From Lama guanicoe (lineage: Eukaryota): DNA of 64,000 nucleotides. Below the pieces are notes generated by a model, which ran no database searches, had not been told where the DNA came from, and worked only from the letters and a program-made list of their open reading frames with translations. This document shows, piece by piece, positions 38,423 through 49,960 of this stretch (positions are counted from its first letter, which is position 1; each line of letters opens with the position of its first letter). The stretch covers positions 7,913,214-7,977,213 of the forward strand of contig MU056000.1 in the NCBI GenBank assembly GCA_013239625.1, written 5' to 3'. Position numbers and translations under genes: made by a program.

Positions 38423-39197
38423 CAGGTACTTCAGCAAGCAGCTGCTGGCTGGAAGGAGGTCTCCGCAGGAGGCCCCTTGGGTCTTGTCACTAACCTTAAA
38501 CCAGGTGCCCCCAGGCCCTACTCAGCTCTGGCCCAAGCGCACCTTGTAGATCTTTTGATCACACACTACCTTGCCTAACCTGTTGGTGTTTTCTGTAGAT
38601 CAAAGAAGCAGAAATGGAGAATAAGTAACAGATGACTGGGTCTCTTCCCTGGCGTCCCCCTCAGTAATCCTGCAAACAAATCGTGTGAACAGACAGCATC
38701 TACGGAAAATTCACCAGGAACTGACAAGCCTGCCCAGTAGTGGGGGATGACACGGACTCTGACTTCCTATCCCCGTGATTAACTGAGATCACATCCCCAT
38801 TTCCCCTTTAAAGCCTTCATGGCTGAGCAGAATCTGCAGAGATGGTCTTTGGGGGGCACTGAGTCCACCGCCTCCCCGGATTGCCGGCATTCTGATGAAA
38901 AGCAACTTTCCACGCTATCAACATTGTCTCTCGAGTACTGCTTTTTGAGCGTGAGCAGTTGAACCCGAGTTCAGGAACAGTATCTCCCACTTTTCCAAAG
39001 TTTGCTTTACACCACTTTGCTTTTAGGAGAGACCTCTATTAGTATCTGTTTTCACTAACTGAAAGAAATTCGAAGCGGATTTCCCCTTTTACAAAAAAAG
39101 GCAAAAGGTGAAAATTGCTTCTTTCCTAATTTACGCCATTTTGGTTTATGAAAGTTTTCATAGGAATACTTTATGTTATGATATTGGGAGAAACATG
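38423..39197. mobile_element. TcMar-Tigger-like MITE, itself split near its left end by an LTR
   Basis: TA|caggta..[LTR]..gtatctcccacttttccaaagtttgc ... tgggagaaacatg|TA. The degenerate inverted termini and TA target site indicate Tc1/mariner type. Confidence 0.65.
38430..38979 (+). mobile_element. ERV1-class solo LTR
   Basis: 3' part (aaagcaactttcc..tctctcgagtactgctttttgagc..gagcag..ggaaca) is related to the LTRs at 19721 and 25592. Flanks gtac/gtat. Confidence 0.75.
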
Positions 39198-39595
39198 TAG
39201 TATCTCCCTCCAGTTGTGACAACCCCAAGTGTCTCCAGAGATCGCCAAATATCCTGCGGATGGGGGCGCAAAATCGCCCCCTGTTGAGAACCCCTGGTGT
39301 AAGGGCTGTTTTTGATGCCACCAGAGAAAGGACACAGGAAACTCATCGGCTTTGGTCATATGACAAAGGCGTCTGCCAACTCCTTTCCTCCTGATAATGT
39401 CACCAAAAGACAGTGTAGGTTTCCTGTATTGGGTCTCAGTGAGTTCTGGTCTAGAATTTGGAGGAAAGAATGGCAGAGAGTCTATAATAATTACCTCTTT
39501 TAACTTTGATTCAGGCGCCTAAGTAAAGGAATAGCCATCAGCCCTGCAGGAGGCGCAGAGAAACATGTGTGACAGGTGGCAGGTGGAGGAGAGGC

Positions 39596-40012
39596 TGTGA
39601 ATGAAAAATACTGCCAGTCACATCAGTAAACAAAGGATGATGAGGCCATCAAGTCAGCAGCCACTACTGCCACCCCCCAACAGTGCCCCTCTAGGGGAAC
39701 TCAGGATGAGTAGCTAATGTGCACATCAAAGGAATGATTTCAGTGAGTCCAGACTCTTGCATCTTCCCATACACAGAAAAGCATCCTTAACTTGAGATGT
39801 CTGGCTTTCTTTAATTAAGAGTAATCTTCCAATGTTCTGACTACTTGGTCTTTGTTACAAAAACCCCTGTGTATTCTGGCTCCTCCACTGCCTCTTCGGA
39901 GAAGTCCCTTAGAGCCATCTGAGAGGCCGCCTCCCGGGCTGAGCCCTCAGGAAGTTTGCCGAAGGAAACAGAGCTCTCACTTTTTAGGTTGTGCATGTTT
40001 TTTCAGCGGACA
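39596..40012 (+). mobile_element. ERV1 solo LTR, cetartiodactyl MER41-like
   Basis: tgtgaatgaaaaatactgcc..atcagtaaacaaaggatg..ctcttgcatcttcccatac..ttttaggttgtgcatgttttttcagcggaca. Confidence 0.7.
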
Positions 40013-41459
40013 GGACGCTCCAGGAGGTCATCAGCCACCCGAGCAGCAGCCTGATGGCTGACAGGCCGTCTGGAGCACATTGTGCCTTCTTAGTGCTCAA
40101 TAAAACTGTGGGGTGAAGGGACGGCTACTGTACGCTGGTTCCTTACAGGTACCTCTGTAATCTGCACACATGTTTGCAAGAAAAGTTGTCGAGGAGTCCC
40201 TGTCCTAAATCACTCTTCTCATGCATCTTATCATCGTCATTCTCTTGTTACCCTGCCAGACCGTCCTCCATCAAGGAACAGAGCTGGGTAGCATTTTCAA
40301 TCGTTATATTCCTGGGGGAATAATGCTCTTCAACCGATCTGGTGTCTCAATCACGCTTAGATTTTACTGAAAGTCAGATCCTTTCAGCACCGCGTCCACG
40401 GGCACCATGATGGCAGGAAGCCAGCCTGGAACCTCAGGCTTAATGGATTTCCTATAATAAGCCCCAGACATCAGAGCAGTGCAAAGCCCTTCCCATCAGG
40501 GATCCTGGCATATGCTGCGTGTAACCAGGCCCACAGGCGCGGCAGACAACAGACACACACGCTCCAGAGGGTCTGCAGGGCGGGGAAAGCCGAAAGCATT
40601 TGGAGGGTTGGCTCAGACCCTGCTCTCCTTAACTTTCTCTCCCTGGAAACACAGTGGCTTCCATCTGGTCACCCAAAGCCCTTTAAAACATTAACTTGTC
40701 AGCACTGTACAAGAAGCGTCTGCTCACACACTGACTGAGCAGGTGAATTATTCAAGGACACACAGAAAAATCTTAAAGAAGTTGAAAAAGACTTCCATGT
40801 TCTAATTCGTCCTCCAAGGCAAGAGAATCTGGTAATCATCTCATCCTTATTAAAATAAAATCACCCAATCTTGGTAAGTTTCACTTTTTACCCACTCTTC
40901 ACTTTTCACACACACAAATTTTTTTTTTAATTTTAATTGAAGAGGGTACATGAAACACTGAGTAGTTTTTTTCATCTTTGGAGTTGAAGAAGGTCATTGT
41001 ATCTGAGGTAAGGAATATAAAAAGAAAGAAAATAATCTTCACCATGATCAAGAGAAAAAGCAGTCATGCTTCTGAAGTTTCGGAAATTCAAAACATAATA
41101 AAAAAAAACCCAAGAATTTTGGTTCTTTTAAACAGCAGTCCTATTTTTAGATTTCATAAGGTTTTGTCCGAGGTGCTTTTAATCAGAAAAGGCCTGTATG
41201 CTCTCCATTTTATTTACTGTTTTTCACTTCTGATATAATTCTGAACACAAAAGGCCAGCCAATTAGAAGACTCCTGTGTCTTTCTTCTGTTTTTCGTTTA
41301 TCTCCACTATCTGAACCACTGTATCCTTTTCATAGACATTGTGAAGGTGAGTGTTTTAAGTCAACCTGGCTCCAGTACCCAGTTACTTTACCTTGAAGAT
41401 AGTTGATAGACAAGGGTAACATTCACAACCAGTTGACTTTAAGTAAAGGAGATTACCCT

Positions 41460-44400
41460 TTTTGGGACTCGTGGCAGTTCACCCCAAAATATGCCGAAGT
41501 GGCATACTTACTATTGCGAATTAAAATTACTTAAGAAACAGTCAGTGCAGGAAAGACACCTTGACTCTGCCCTCTGTCTCCCTGAAAATAGGAAATAAAT
41601 CTCCCCATGTAAAGGTTCCCTCTCTGTACTAGAGGTAGAGAGATGTCCTTATCACCAGAGATGGAGAGTTCATGGTCAAGAAGCCTGAATAAACGAGTCT
41701 TGTTACTTCTTCATTAATTTACTAACCCAAGCCCAGACTTCTTTGTCTTGTCAGCTCTTCACAAACTGATTGTTTCTTTGTCTAGGTAGTACAAACGCTG
41801 TCTGCTTTGGCCACGTCTTGGGTTCCGTGATATGTACAAATTAATTTTTGATTTATTTGATTTTGATGTTTCTCTTTCGTTACTCTGTCTTGAGTCAATT
41901 TAATTATCTGACCAGCCAAAAGAACTCAAGAATTTCCCCTTTCTGACCGCTGCATGGTCAGCAGGAGACCGGCTGGACCCCCGACTCCATTCCAGCTGAG
42001 AGATCCTGGGACATCTGATAACGAACTGCAGAAGAGAAGACTTCTTACCATGTTGGCCTCCCTGTTCCCTGCCTGCAGGTCCAGTGAAAGAACAGAAATT
42101 ATGTTTAAAACAAAAAAATCCAGTGTGCATTCCCCTTCTTAAAAACCGCCCCATCTCCTCAGCAATTCCCCCAGGCCTGCATACAAATAATCAGGAAATG
42201 CACCAGCTGGAAGCCAATACTCCAGGGCTAATAGAAGCACCTGTCTTTGCCTTGCAAATCTCTGCAAAACCAGAAATGAAAGTTTAAAGCGCATCTATCT
42301 TCACCAATTCCCAAACCCTGCCTGTGCCTCAGCATGCTTGGGGATATTGTAAAAGTTCAAGATATTGAGAACAAAATTGTCCTTTACCAGGAAAAAAAAA
42401 AGTAATTCCCCTAAGAATTCTGGAAGTAGATAAATATGTTCCAACATTCATAGGAGAAAACATATTTTCTTCCTCTGTCCCTTGATGGTGTAAATCTTAC
42501 CATGTGTTTAAAAATGTAGAAACAGCTTACAATCACCTGAGAAGGAAAGAAAAAAGGGGGAAAAAGCCTTTTCAAACACAAACTGAACGGCTGAAGTGCT
42601 CTCGTGCTCACACTAAACCACAGCCTCCTCGAGACTGCGCGTCAAGGGCAAATACAAATCTGAAGCCTTCTCCACAAATAGTAAAAGAGTTTGGCCATCT
42701 CAGTGAGTAAATTTAGTTTATGCCAAGTGTTACTTACAAATAAGTGAATTTCATTTTGTACCTGACTCATGGCTAAACTTTTTAAATGAAAGTTAAGAGA
42801 TCTCAGGTTGTGTCTGTCCGTGTGTCTACTTCCATTCATTTGAGGTATGGTATTTTTTCTACCTTCAGATGGTGTTGCCAAAATTATTTTGTAAAAGAGC
42901 TTTATTTAATTGGCTTAAAAGCAAAGAAGCACTAAAGGAAAGAGAAACTAACCCAAATATTTGCTTTTCAAGTCCACATGTTCTAAGGTCAATCTTTGGT
43001 AAATTGAAGCTAGTTTAAGGAGGTTGGTTTTATTCAAACAGCTATACCTTAAAAATTATCAGCAATGGACGTAATGCAACAGGCGCCTTTTAGGATACTT
43101 GAGTTTATTAATCATATAAGTTCACATTACAAAACTGGCCAGCACAAACAGTAACTTGGTATGATGAAGCGTTCATAAGCAATCTAAAGCTAACTGTTGA
43201 GGACAAATTAAGTAGATGTAAGAAGGATAAAGATTTTTAGGTGAACTTTTAAAAATGACTGTTTCATGTTTTATTTGGGTGATTATTTTTAAGACTACTT
43301 AAGGTTTAAAACTACTTAAAAGTAGTCACCCAAATCTCTTTGACAACTTACACCATTAGACATTTTGATAAGTTAAATTAAATGACAGAATTCCATTGAC
43401 TATCCAGATCATTTTTTAAAAAGATCAAATACTGAAACATTAATTCCTCAACATAGATTTATCTACTTTTGGCTCCCTCTCACAGAAGAAATAAACATGT
43501 TTTGATCTATTGGTAAACATGTTTTATGACACTTAGACTTTTTCCATAAGAAAGGACATGTTTCTACAAATTATAAAGGGTATTTATGTTTGCTAATCCA
43601 CAGAATGTTAGGGTAAAAGATACTTCATAATTGCTTACTTTTTAATTTTCACTAGAAATTAGAGGTTTTTAAGGGTTAAAACATTCTAATATATGTCATT
43701 AAAGCTCCTAGAAATAATAAGGGAAACAATTCTGTATGCAAGGAAAATAAAATATATTTTGGGATAAGAGAAGGTGTGAGGTAAGTAGATACATTTTGTT
43801 GAGCAAAAAGAGAGTAATAAAGCTGGTTATTTTAAGAATGAGAACCTGCAAATCCCGAACTCCCAATTCATCGCTCCACACCTCCCCCTTTCAGCCCTGG
43901 TAACCACAAGTTTGTTCTCTACATCTGTGAGTCTGTGTCTGATATTAACTGCTATATATAAAATACGTAAATAACAAGGTCCTGCTGTATAGAGCAGGGA
44001 ACTGTATTCAATACCTTGTAAAAGCCTATAATAAAAAAGAATATAGAAAGGAGTATATATGCATATATGTATAACTGAATCGCTATGCTGTACACCAGAA
44101 ATTACCACAATGTCGTGAACTGACTATGCATCAATAAAGATAAATATTAAAAAAAAAGGATGGGAAAAAGAACAAGGGACAAACTAAAAAGACATAGAAA
44201 GTTAAAGGTTTATGGAAAAGGAATCTCGGGGAAGGAATTTTATATGTGATCAAGCTGGATAAGATGAAATGAATTTGTTGTAAGGGTTTTAAAAGTAAGT
44301 TAGTATCAATAGGTTGTTATGTAAAAGTGGAATTTAATTTTTTCATCTGCAGAAAGGACAAAGTTTGTTCGGACTATTGGTCTGCTCCTGACAAGCAATT

Positions 44401-47300
44401 ATAAAGGTTTTCTTTACCTTTTCATGTAATCTGCCTATGAACAAAACAAAACAAAAACAAAGGTTCTATGTTTTATCAAAATGATTTTCTGTGTTTGTCA
44501 GGCCTTTGATTACTTTAGTACCAAGCCTTCTCAATACTAAAAGAGCTAAGGCTTTTTGCAACTATTTAACTTTCTGAATTTTCCTAGGGTGTCTTTGTCA
44601 CTTTAGTTAATAGATAATAAGCACTGTTTCACAGTCATTTTTGATCCTATTTGACCAAGTGCTTTAAAGCCTTTTGATATTTTGACAAACTTCCCCAAAT
44701 CAAATTCTAATTTAACTCTTATTGACTTGAAAATAACTGGGTTTTCCAGAGGGCCCCTGGAACATTTAAAAAATTTTGTTTTCTTTCCTTATAATATAAA
44801 AAAGTTAGATATATTATAAATAAATAAGGTTTATTTGGCATGTTAAATTACATGGGAAACATTGTCAAGTAAGTGATAATAAACCTTCTTAGATTATACT
44901 GTATGGGTAGATGTTGTTAATGTGAATGTTCTATAAATTGTATAAAATTCCTAAAATTTGTATATGTTCTGGTATAATGTTATCATTTATAATTCTAGTC
45001 ATTATCTTAGATATTGTATGTCATCGAAATAACCACATTTCCTTGTCAATTCCCTCATAAGGAATCAGACCTTTAATAATGGATAGGTTAAAGTCTTTTA
45101 TCACGTATAATTATCGTTTTGCTGAGATGCTTTTTCAAAAGCTTCTTGTAAATGTATTTCTTCTTCAGAGAAATTCACAAAAATGGATCTAAGAAGTACT
45201 CTAGAATACACATTTTTGATAACTTTCAAATAATACTACTGAACTGGGTAAAAATTCACAAAACCTTAATTTAAAAAAAAAACCTTATGGCTTCATAAAA
45301 CTTCTAACAAAATAACAAGCAAAAGAAGAATTAATTATATGGGATTGAATGAACTGATGAGGATGATTATAACTTTTTATGTTTTTTTAATTTGAAACTG
45401 CTGATTTTGTTTTATTTTGCTTTGTTTTCCCAGATTTAAATAAATTTTCTTCTCTTTTCTCTGAAACTATGACTTAGAGCAATTTGGTAAATTATACCTT
45501 TGTAAAAGGAATAGGCACAGTTATCTTTTCCCCCCTATCTGATCCCTCTAAAATTTGGAAAGTCTCAGGGAGTGTTCTTATTTTCTTGGCAATACTGTTA
45601 CTTACATAAATTCTATAAAAATCCATTCTCCTTAGAACACAGTTGGAGACTGGTTATATTACCAAATTTTGACTAGAAAGTCATATTTGAGAGAGATATA
45701 CATAGATTAAGATATGATCAGACAGCTTCAAGAAATTAAGTCTGGGTTTATGAAACTAATAAAGCCCCTTGTAAAATTGGCCCGGTACCTTGCTTACAGG
45801 GTTCCCAGCAGCCTTACTAGGTCACTAGGGAAGGTCACTTCCTGGCAGGCTCAGGAAACTCAGGCTATTTTAGAAACCTCAAGAAGAAAGGAATTCACTC
45901 AAAGCTGTAGGTATTGCAGGCAAAGTCAGATGGCAAATGTTTGGCTTGATTTCTTACCTTTAAGAGGTTATTAAAAGTTCAACCTAGAGAATCTTTTTGG
46001 AAAGTTTTAGCAAAACAAATGTAAAGAGTCTATATGATCAATTGTTATTCGTACTGCACTTATGTAAATAATCAGGCCAAGTGTATTGAATCTCGACTTA
46101 TTTTGCAAACAAATTGTCTTACATTTGGCTATCTTTGGTAAAAATGGATGTGACTTTAAAGAAAAAAATTATGTTTCAATAGAAACAATAATATACACTT
46201 GTGGATATTAGATTCTAGTTCTATTAAACATCTTTGAAATTTTGTTTTCCACCTGTAAACTGGACTGGATCATGAATTCTAGTTTCCTCCAGTATTTGGC
46301 TACAACTCTCTAGTTAACATTTCCAGTTTTTTCTCCCATCCTTTCAACCTGGAATCACTGAGAACTAAGACTGCACTTTTTCCTGATGTCCTATAAACGT
46401 GAAGCTACATGACTTCATTTAAATCCTCAAAGAAGTTGCCACAATAGCGTATGTGCAAACTCTCTTCTTTGTGCCGGTTGCTACGTGAGCCACTCAGAAG
46501 TTTGCCTCGACACCTGATGACATCATCAGAGACATTTCACACTGCAAAAGATGCTTTGATCTTGACATCTAGAAATCTCTTGTCTAGCTGCCTCTTAGGC
46601 TCAGAAACTGGAGCAGAGTCTGATTGGAGCTCCAATCATTAACCTTTGTTTTCTTCTGTTTCCACAGTTACGTCGCTATTAAATAACTGATGCTTGTGTA
46701 ATAATATTCGACCTGCATCATCGCCTCCTGAAATGACCTGAACTGACCTACTCTCTAGACTAGGAAAGGGATACAATGAAATAATAGAGCACTGAACTAG
46801 CTCAGCTTCAATATGTGGGACTTCCAACAACAGTTCAGAGGAGGAAACTATTGGGGCTCAGGGCAAGCTGCCCCCTAATATGCTAAAGTGGCATATTGAT
46901 TATTTTGAACTAGAATTACTTAAGAAACAGTGCCAGAAGGACACTCTGACCTTCCCCTCTGTCTCCCTGAAAGTAGGAAATAAACCCCTCTCTCTGCATC
47001 AGGGGGTAGAGAGAAAGGGAATTGAGGGCTGAGAAGCCTGTATAAACAAATCTTGTTACTTCTTCACTAATTTACGACCCCAAGCCCAAACTTGTCATTC
47101 TTCACAGATTTATTGTTTCTTTGTCTGAAAAATATAAAAGTTGCCTGCTTTGGCCACTTCTTGAGTTCCTTATCTATGAGACTTCCATAGTCCAAATTAT
47201 TATCTTTTTTCCTCCTGTTACTCTGTCTTGTGTCAATTTAATTACTAGATTAGCCAAAAGAACTGAAGAAGGATAGAAGAAATTTTTCTCCTTTCCAGCA
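41460..47300 (+). mobile_element. Non-autonomous ERV1 provirus (MER34/MER4-group-like): 5' LTR ~41460-41948, AT-rich non-coding interior, 3' LTR 46849-47300
   Basis: Two homologous direct LTRs share aagtggcata, aattacttaagaaacagt, ctctgtctccctgaaa, tcttgttacttcttca and agccaaaagaact. A perfect 4-bp TSD ccct sits at 41456-41459 and 47301-47304. There is a degenerate tRNA-Ser PBS at 41950-41967 and a purine tract agaggaggaaac before the 3' LTR. No gag/pol/env ORF recognised. Confidence 0.88.
43846..44157 (+). mobile_element. Short L1 3' end with 5' inversion, inside the provirus
   Basis: 43846-43940 is L1 3' UTR in reverse; 43941-44157 is the adjacent downstream part in forward orientation, with AATAAA and an A tail. 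Confidence 0.85.
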
Positions 47301-47509
47301 CCCTATTCAGTAATGTGGATGGACCTCATTCAGTCAATTCCAAGTCCAATAAGAGTAAAAACTGAGGCTCTCAGAAGTCATTCTGTCTCAGAACTACAGT
47401 ATTAATCCCTGCCTGATTTCCAGCCTACTGGCCTGTCCTACAAATTTCAGACCTGCTGACTACCATGATCACAGGAGACTGTTTCTTAAAAATCACTTTC
47501 TCTCTCTCA

Positions 47510-47655
47510 ATGTATGTGTATTTGTATATACAATGTATACTTGTATCTATACATATGCATATAATATATATGTATGTGTGTATATATATGTGTGTATGTT
47601 TTATATATATATGTAATACTGCACATATAATATATATATGCAATATATACATATA
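47510..47655. repeat. TA/TG-rich low-complexity tract
   Basis: Read directly from the sequence. Confidence 0.85.
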
Positions 47656-47744
47656 AAGATTAAAAGAAAAAATAGGAATTCTCTATCTCAGATCTTGGAT
47701 GGTAAATATATTTCATGATGCAGGAAGTCAAAAAAGCTCCCAGG

Positions 47745-48773
47745 CTCCCTCCCTGTCCTGTCCTTACACTTATTCCTCACATCATGAGGTGGAGTCCTTC
47801 CCCATGGGTCGGGCTAAGTGATTTGCTTGCATTTATAAGAATATGGCTCTGAGGTCAGGTCATAATAAGCCTTGCAGCTTCCACCTGTGTCTCTTGGGAT
47901 GTTTACTCTTCAGCAAGTCCTCTTGGGTCCCAGCCACTTTGCTGAGAGAGCCCAAGCCACACGTCATAGGTGTTCCGGCCAACTATCCAGGCTGAGCTTC
48001 TAGTCGGCAACCTGCATCAGTTGCCAGCATGAGAGTGCAGCATCTCGGAGGCTGAAGGGTAGCAGAGAGTGCTCCCCCAGAACAGGCTGCCTTGGCATAA
48101 GGATTATTTCGAGTCGATTATTTTTGAAAAACGATAGATACAGGAGAAGCTCTGAAAATGGAGCAGAAGTTACCCTTTTGTAATAGACATTTACATTTAT
48201 AAAGGAAATCTGTATTTGTAAGGGTGTCTCCCTCTCTGTACCAGGAAGAGAAAGATGACTAAATTATAATAAACTGATCAATGGAGAAGGCAAAGACTTA
48301 AAATCTACATAACCTTATTTGCCATGCTTTTCCTAGTACCCTCCCACAGCTGACCATCCCCACCCCCCCCACACCATTTTTTGTCTTTCACTGAATATAG
48401 TATTTAAGTGGTGGCTTGGGCCCTCTTACTGAGTTACTCATTTTTCCTGGGGATCTTCCATGTAGACATGAAGTATACATGCTAATAAACTTTTTTTTTC
48501 TTTTGTTAATCTGTCTTTTATTACCAGGGGTGGGGGCAGTTTCAGCCAATAACTGTAGAGGTTAAATTATTTTTCCTCCTCTACAACTTCCAGTCCTGTA
48601 AAGCCAATACATTATGGCAGTCCCACCAGCCTCTCACTAAATCCTCATGAAGACATCCAAGAGAAATTCCTACTAAGCCCAGTCTACCCAGAGAACCAAG
48701 AGGGTATGATACATTGTTGTTTTAAGCCACTAAATTCTGTGGTAGTTTCTTATAAGGCAACAGGTAGCTACAG
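47745..48773 (+). mobile_element. MaLR LTR (MLT1G/H-like) split by a MER34-like LTR
   Basis: gaggtggagtc..aagccttgcagcttccacctg..cccagccac..gagcccaagccac on the left; ttgttgttttaagccactaaatt..ggtagttt on the right. Confidence 0.7.
48053..48585 (+). mobile_element. ERV1 solo LTR (MER34A-like)
   Basis: TG...CA ends, ttggcataaggattattt..agatacaggagaagctctgaaa..agaagttaccctttt, AATAAA at ~48484, ending ttttcctcctctaca. Confidence 0.8.
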
Positions 48774-49114
48774 CCTGTAAGAAGAGCTTTTGTCATTTTG
48801 TTCTTAAGACACTTTGCATTTGTTCCAACCAAGGACACTCTTCACAGGACTTAAAAAAACACCCAGACAACAAAAATTTTGAAACTATCAAGAGGAGAAT
48901 GCAATATATCCAAACAGCACCTTGATTTTATCAAATTATTTCCCAATGGACAGAAATAAAATGTCTAGAAAGAACCATTTTGAGATCATCAGTCTGTTAT
49001 TGAGAACCCAGAAGACAGTGTTAATGGACCAGGCTCCTCTGCACCAAGACTTGGGCCTGGAGGGGAGTTCATTGCTTAGGCTTTTTCATTAATACTTTCA
49101 AACACACTGTACTG

Positions 49115-49412
49115 CATATATTTTAATATATTTATATTAATATATACACATTATGTATTTTAAATATATTAAACCATTTATACTTTGATATTTATATTTA
49201 TAGTAATTAATACATTAATTAAATTATATAAATATTTTATTGTATATTAATATTTCTATTAAATATACTGTTTTGAATATATCAAAATAAATATTTTACA
49301 TTTTATAATATACTAGAAAATGTTATGTATTTATTATATAATATATACATGTTATAAAATATATTATAAAATAATAAATATAAAATAAAATAATAAATAT
49401 ATATATTTTTTA
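49115..49412. repeat. Extremely AT-rich low-complexity tract
   Basis: Read directly from the sequence. Confidence 0.85.
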
Positions 49413-49436
49413 CCAATACTTTTAAACACACTGTAT

Positions 49437-49960
49437 TACATACATTTTAACCTTCCTGTATGTTATGATGTTTTGACATCTTAGGAAAGCTTCCTGCTGG
49501 GGAGAGATTGTCCCTTTTTTGGGCTCCCGGTTCTTAGAGCAGCAAAGGACCCAGAAAACCAACCCAGGGTCATACCTCTTCTGTGCGGCCTGTGCCTGCC
49601 AGGATGCTGATGTGAAGGCGATAGCCCCCTGCCTTAACCATCCCAGGGCCAGGTGCCCGGCCACTAGGGACCACCCACCCCTCTACTCGAGAGCCCACTG
49701 CAATTACTCCCCCCTGGCCAGTCCTGAGCTGGTCACTCCACCCTGCCCTGCTTTCCCACAGAGAACCCAACAGAGGCCGTGGCCAGGGTGCCACCCTTCT
49801 GTCCTCTACCTCCTGACCACTCTGGTGTCTCCACACAGCCCTGTGTGCTGGGCCGGGCCTTTTGTACCTCGGACCTGAGAGCAGGACAGAGCCTCTCCTC
49901 TGTCTCCTCATGTGGCTGACCACCTCACAAAAGAATGAAAAACACACACTCTTTTAACCC
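49437..49960 (+). mobile_element. Old ERV1-type solo LTR (family uncertain)
   Basis: ttttgacatctt..cccagggccaggtgcccggccactagggac..ggccagtcctgagc..ctttcccacaga..cctcctgacc resembles a eutherian LTR consensus. Confidence 0.55.

Larger units (their letters stand above)
38290..39296 (-). mobile_element. MER20 split by a Tigger-like MITE (halves ~38290-38420 and 39200-39296)
   Basis: ttgtaagatgttctgcaacatccttggcctctaccgactagatgcc on the left; ccagttgtgacaacc..tgtctccaga..gcaaaatcgccccctgttgagaacccctg on the right. Confidence 0.8.
41340..47510 (+). mobile_element. ERV-L solo LTR (MLT2D-like) split by an ERV1 provirus (parts 41340-41459 and 47301-47510)
   Basis: cagttgactttaagtaaaggagattaccct on the left continues as taatgtggatggacctcattcagtcaatt..aaaactgagg..tttccagcct..cctacaaatttcagac on the right. 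Confidence 0.8.
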
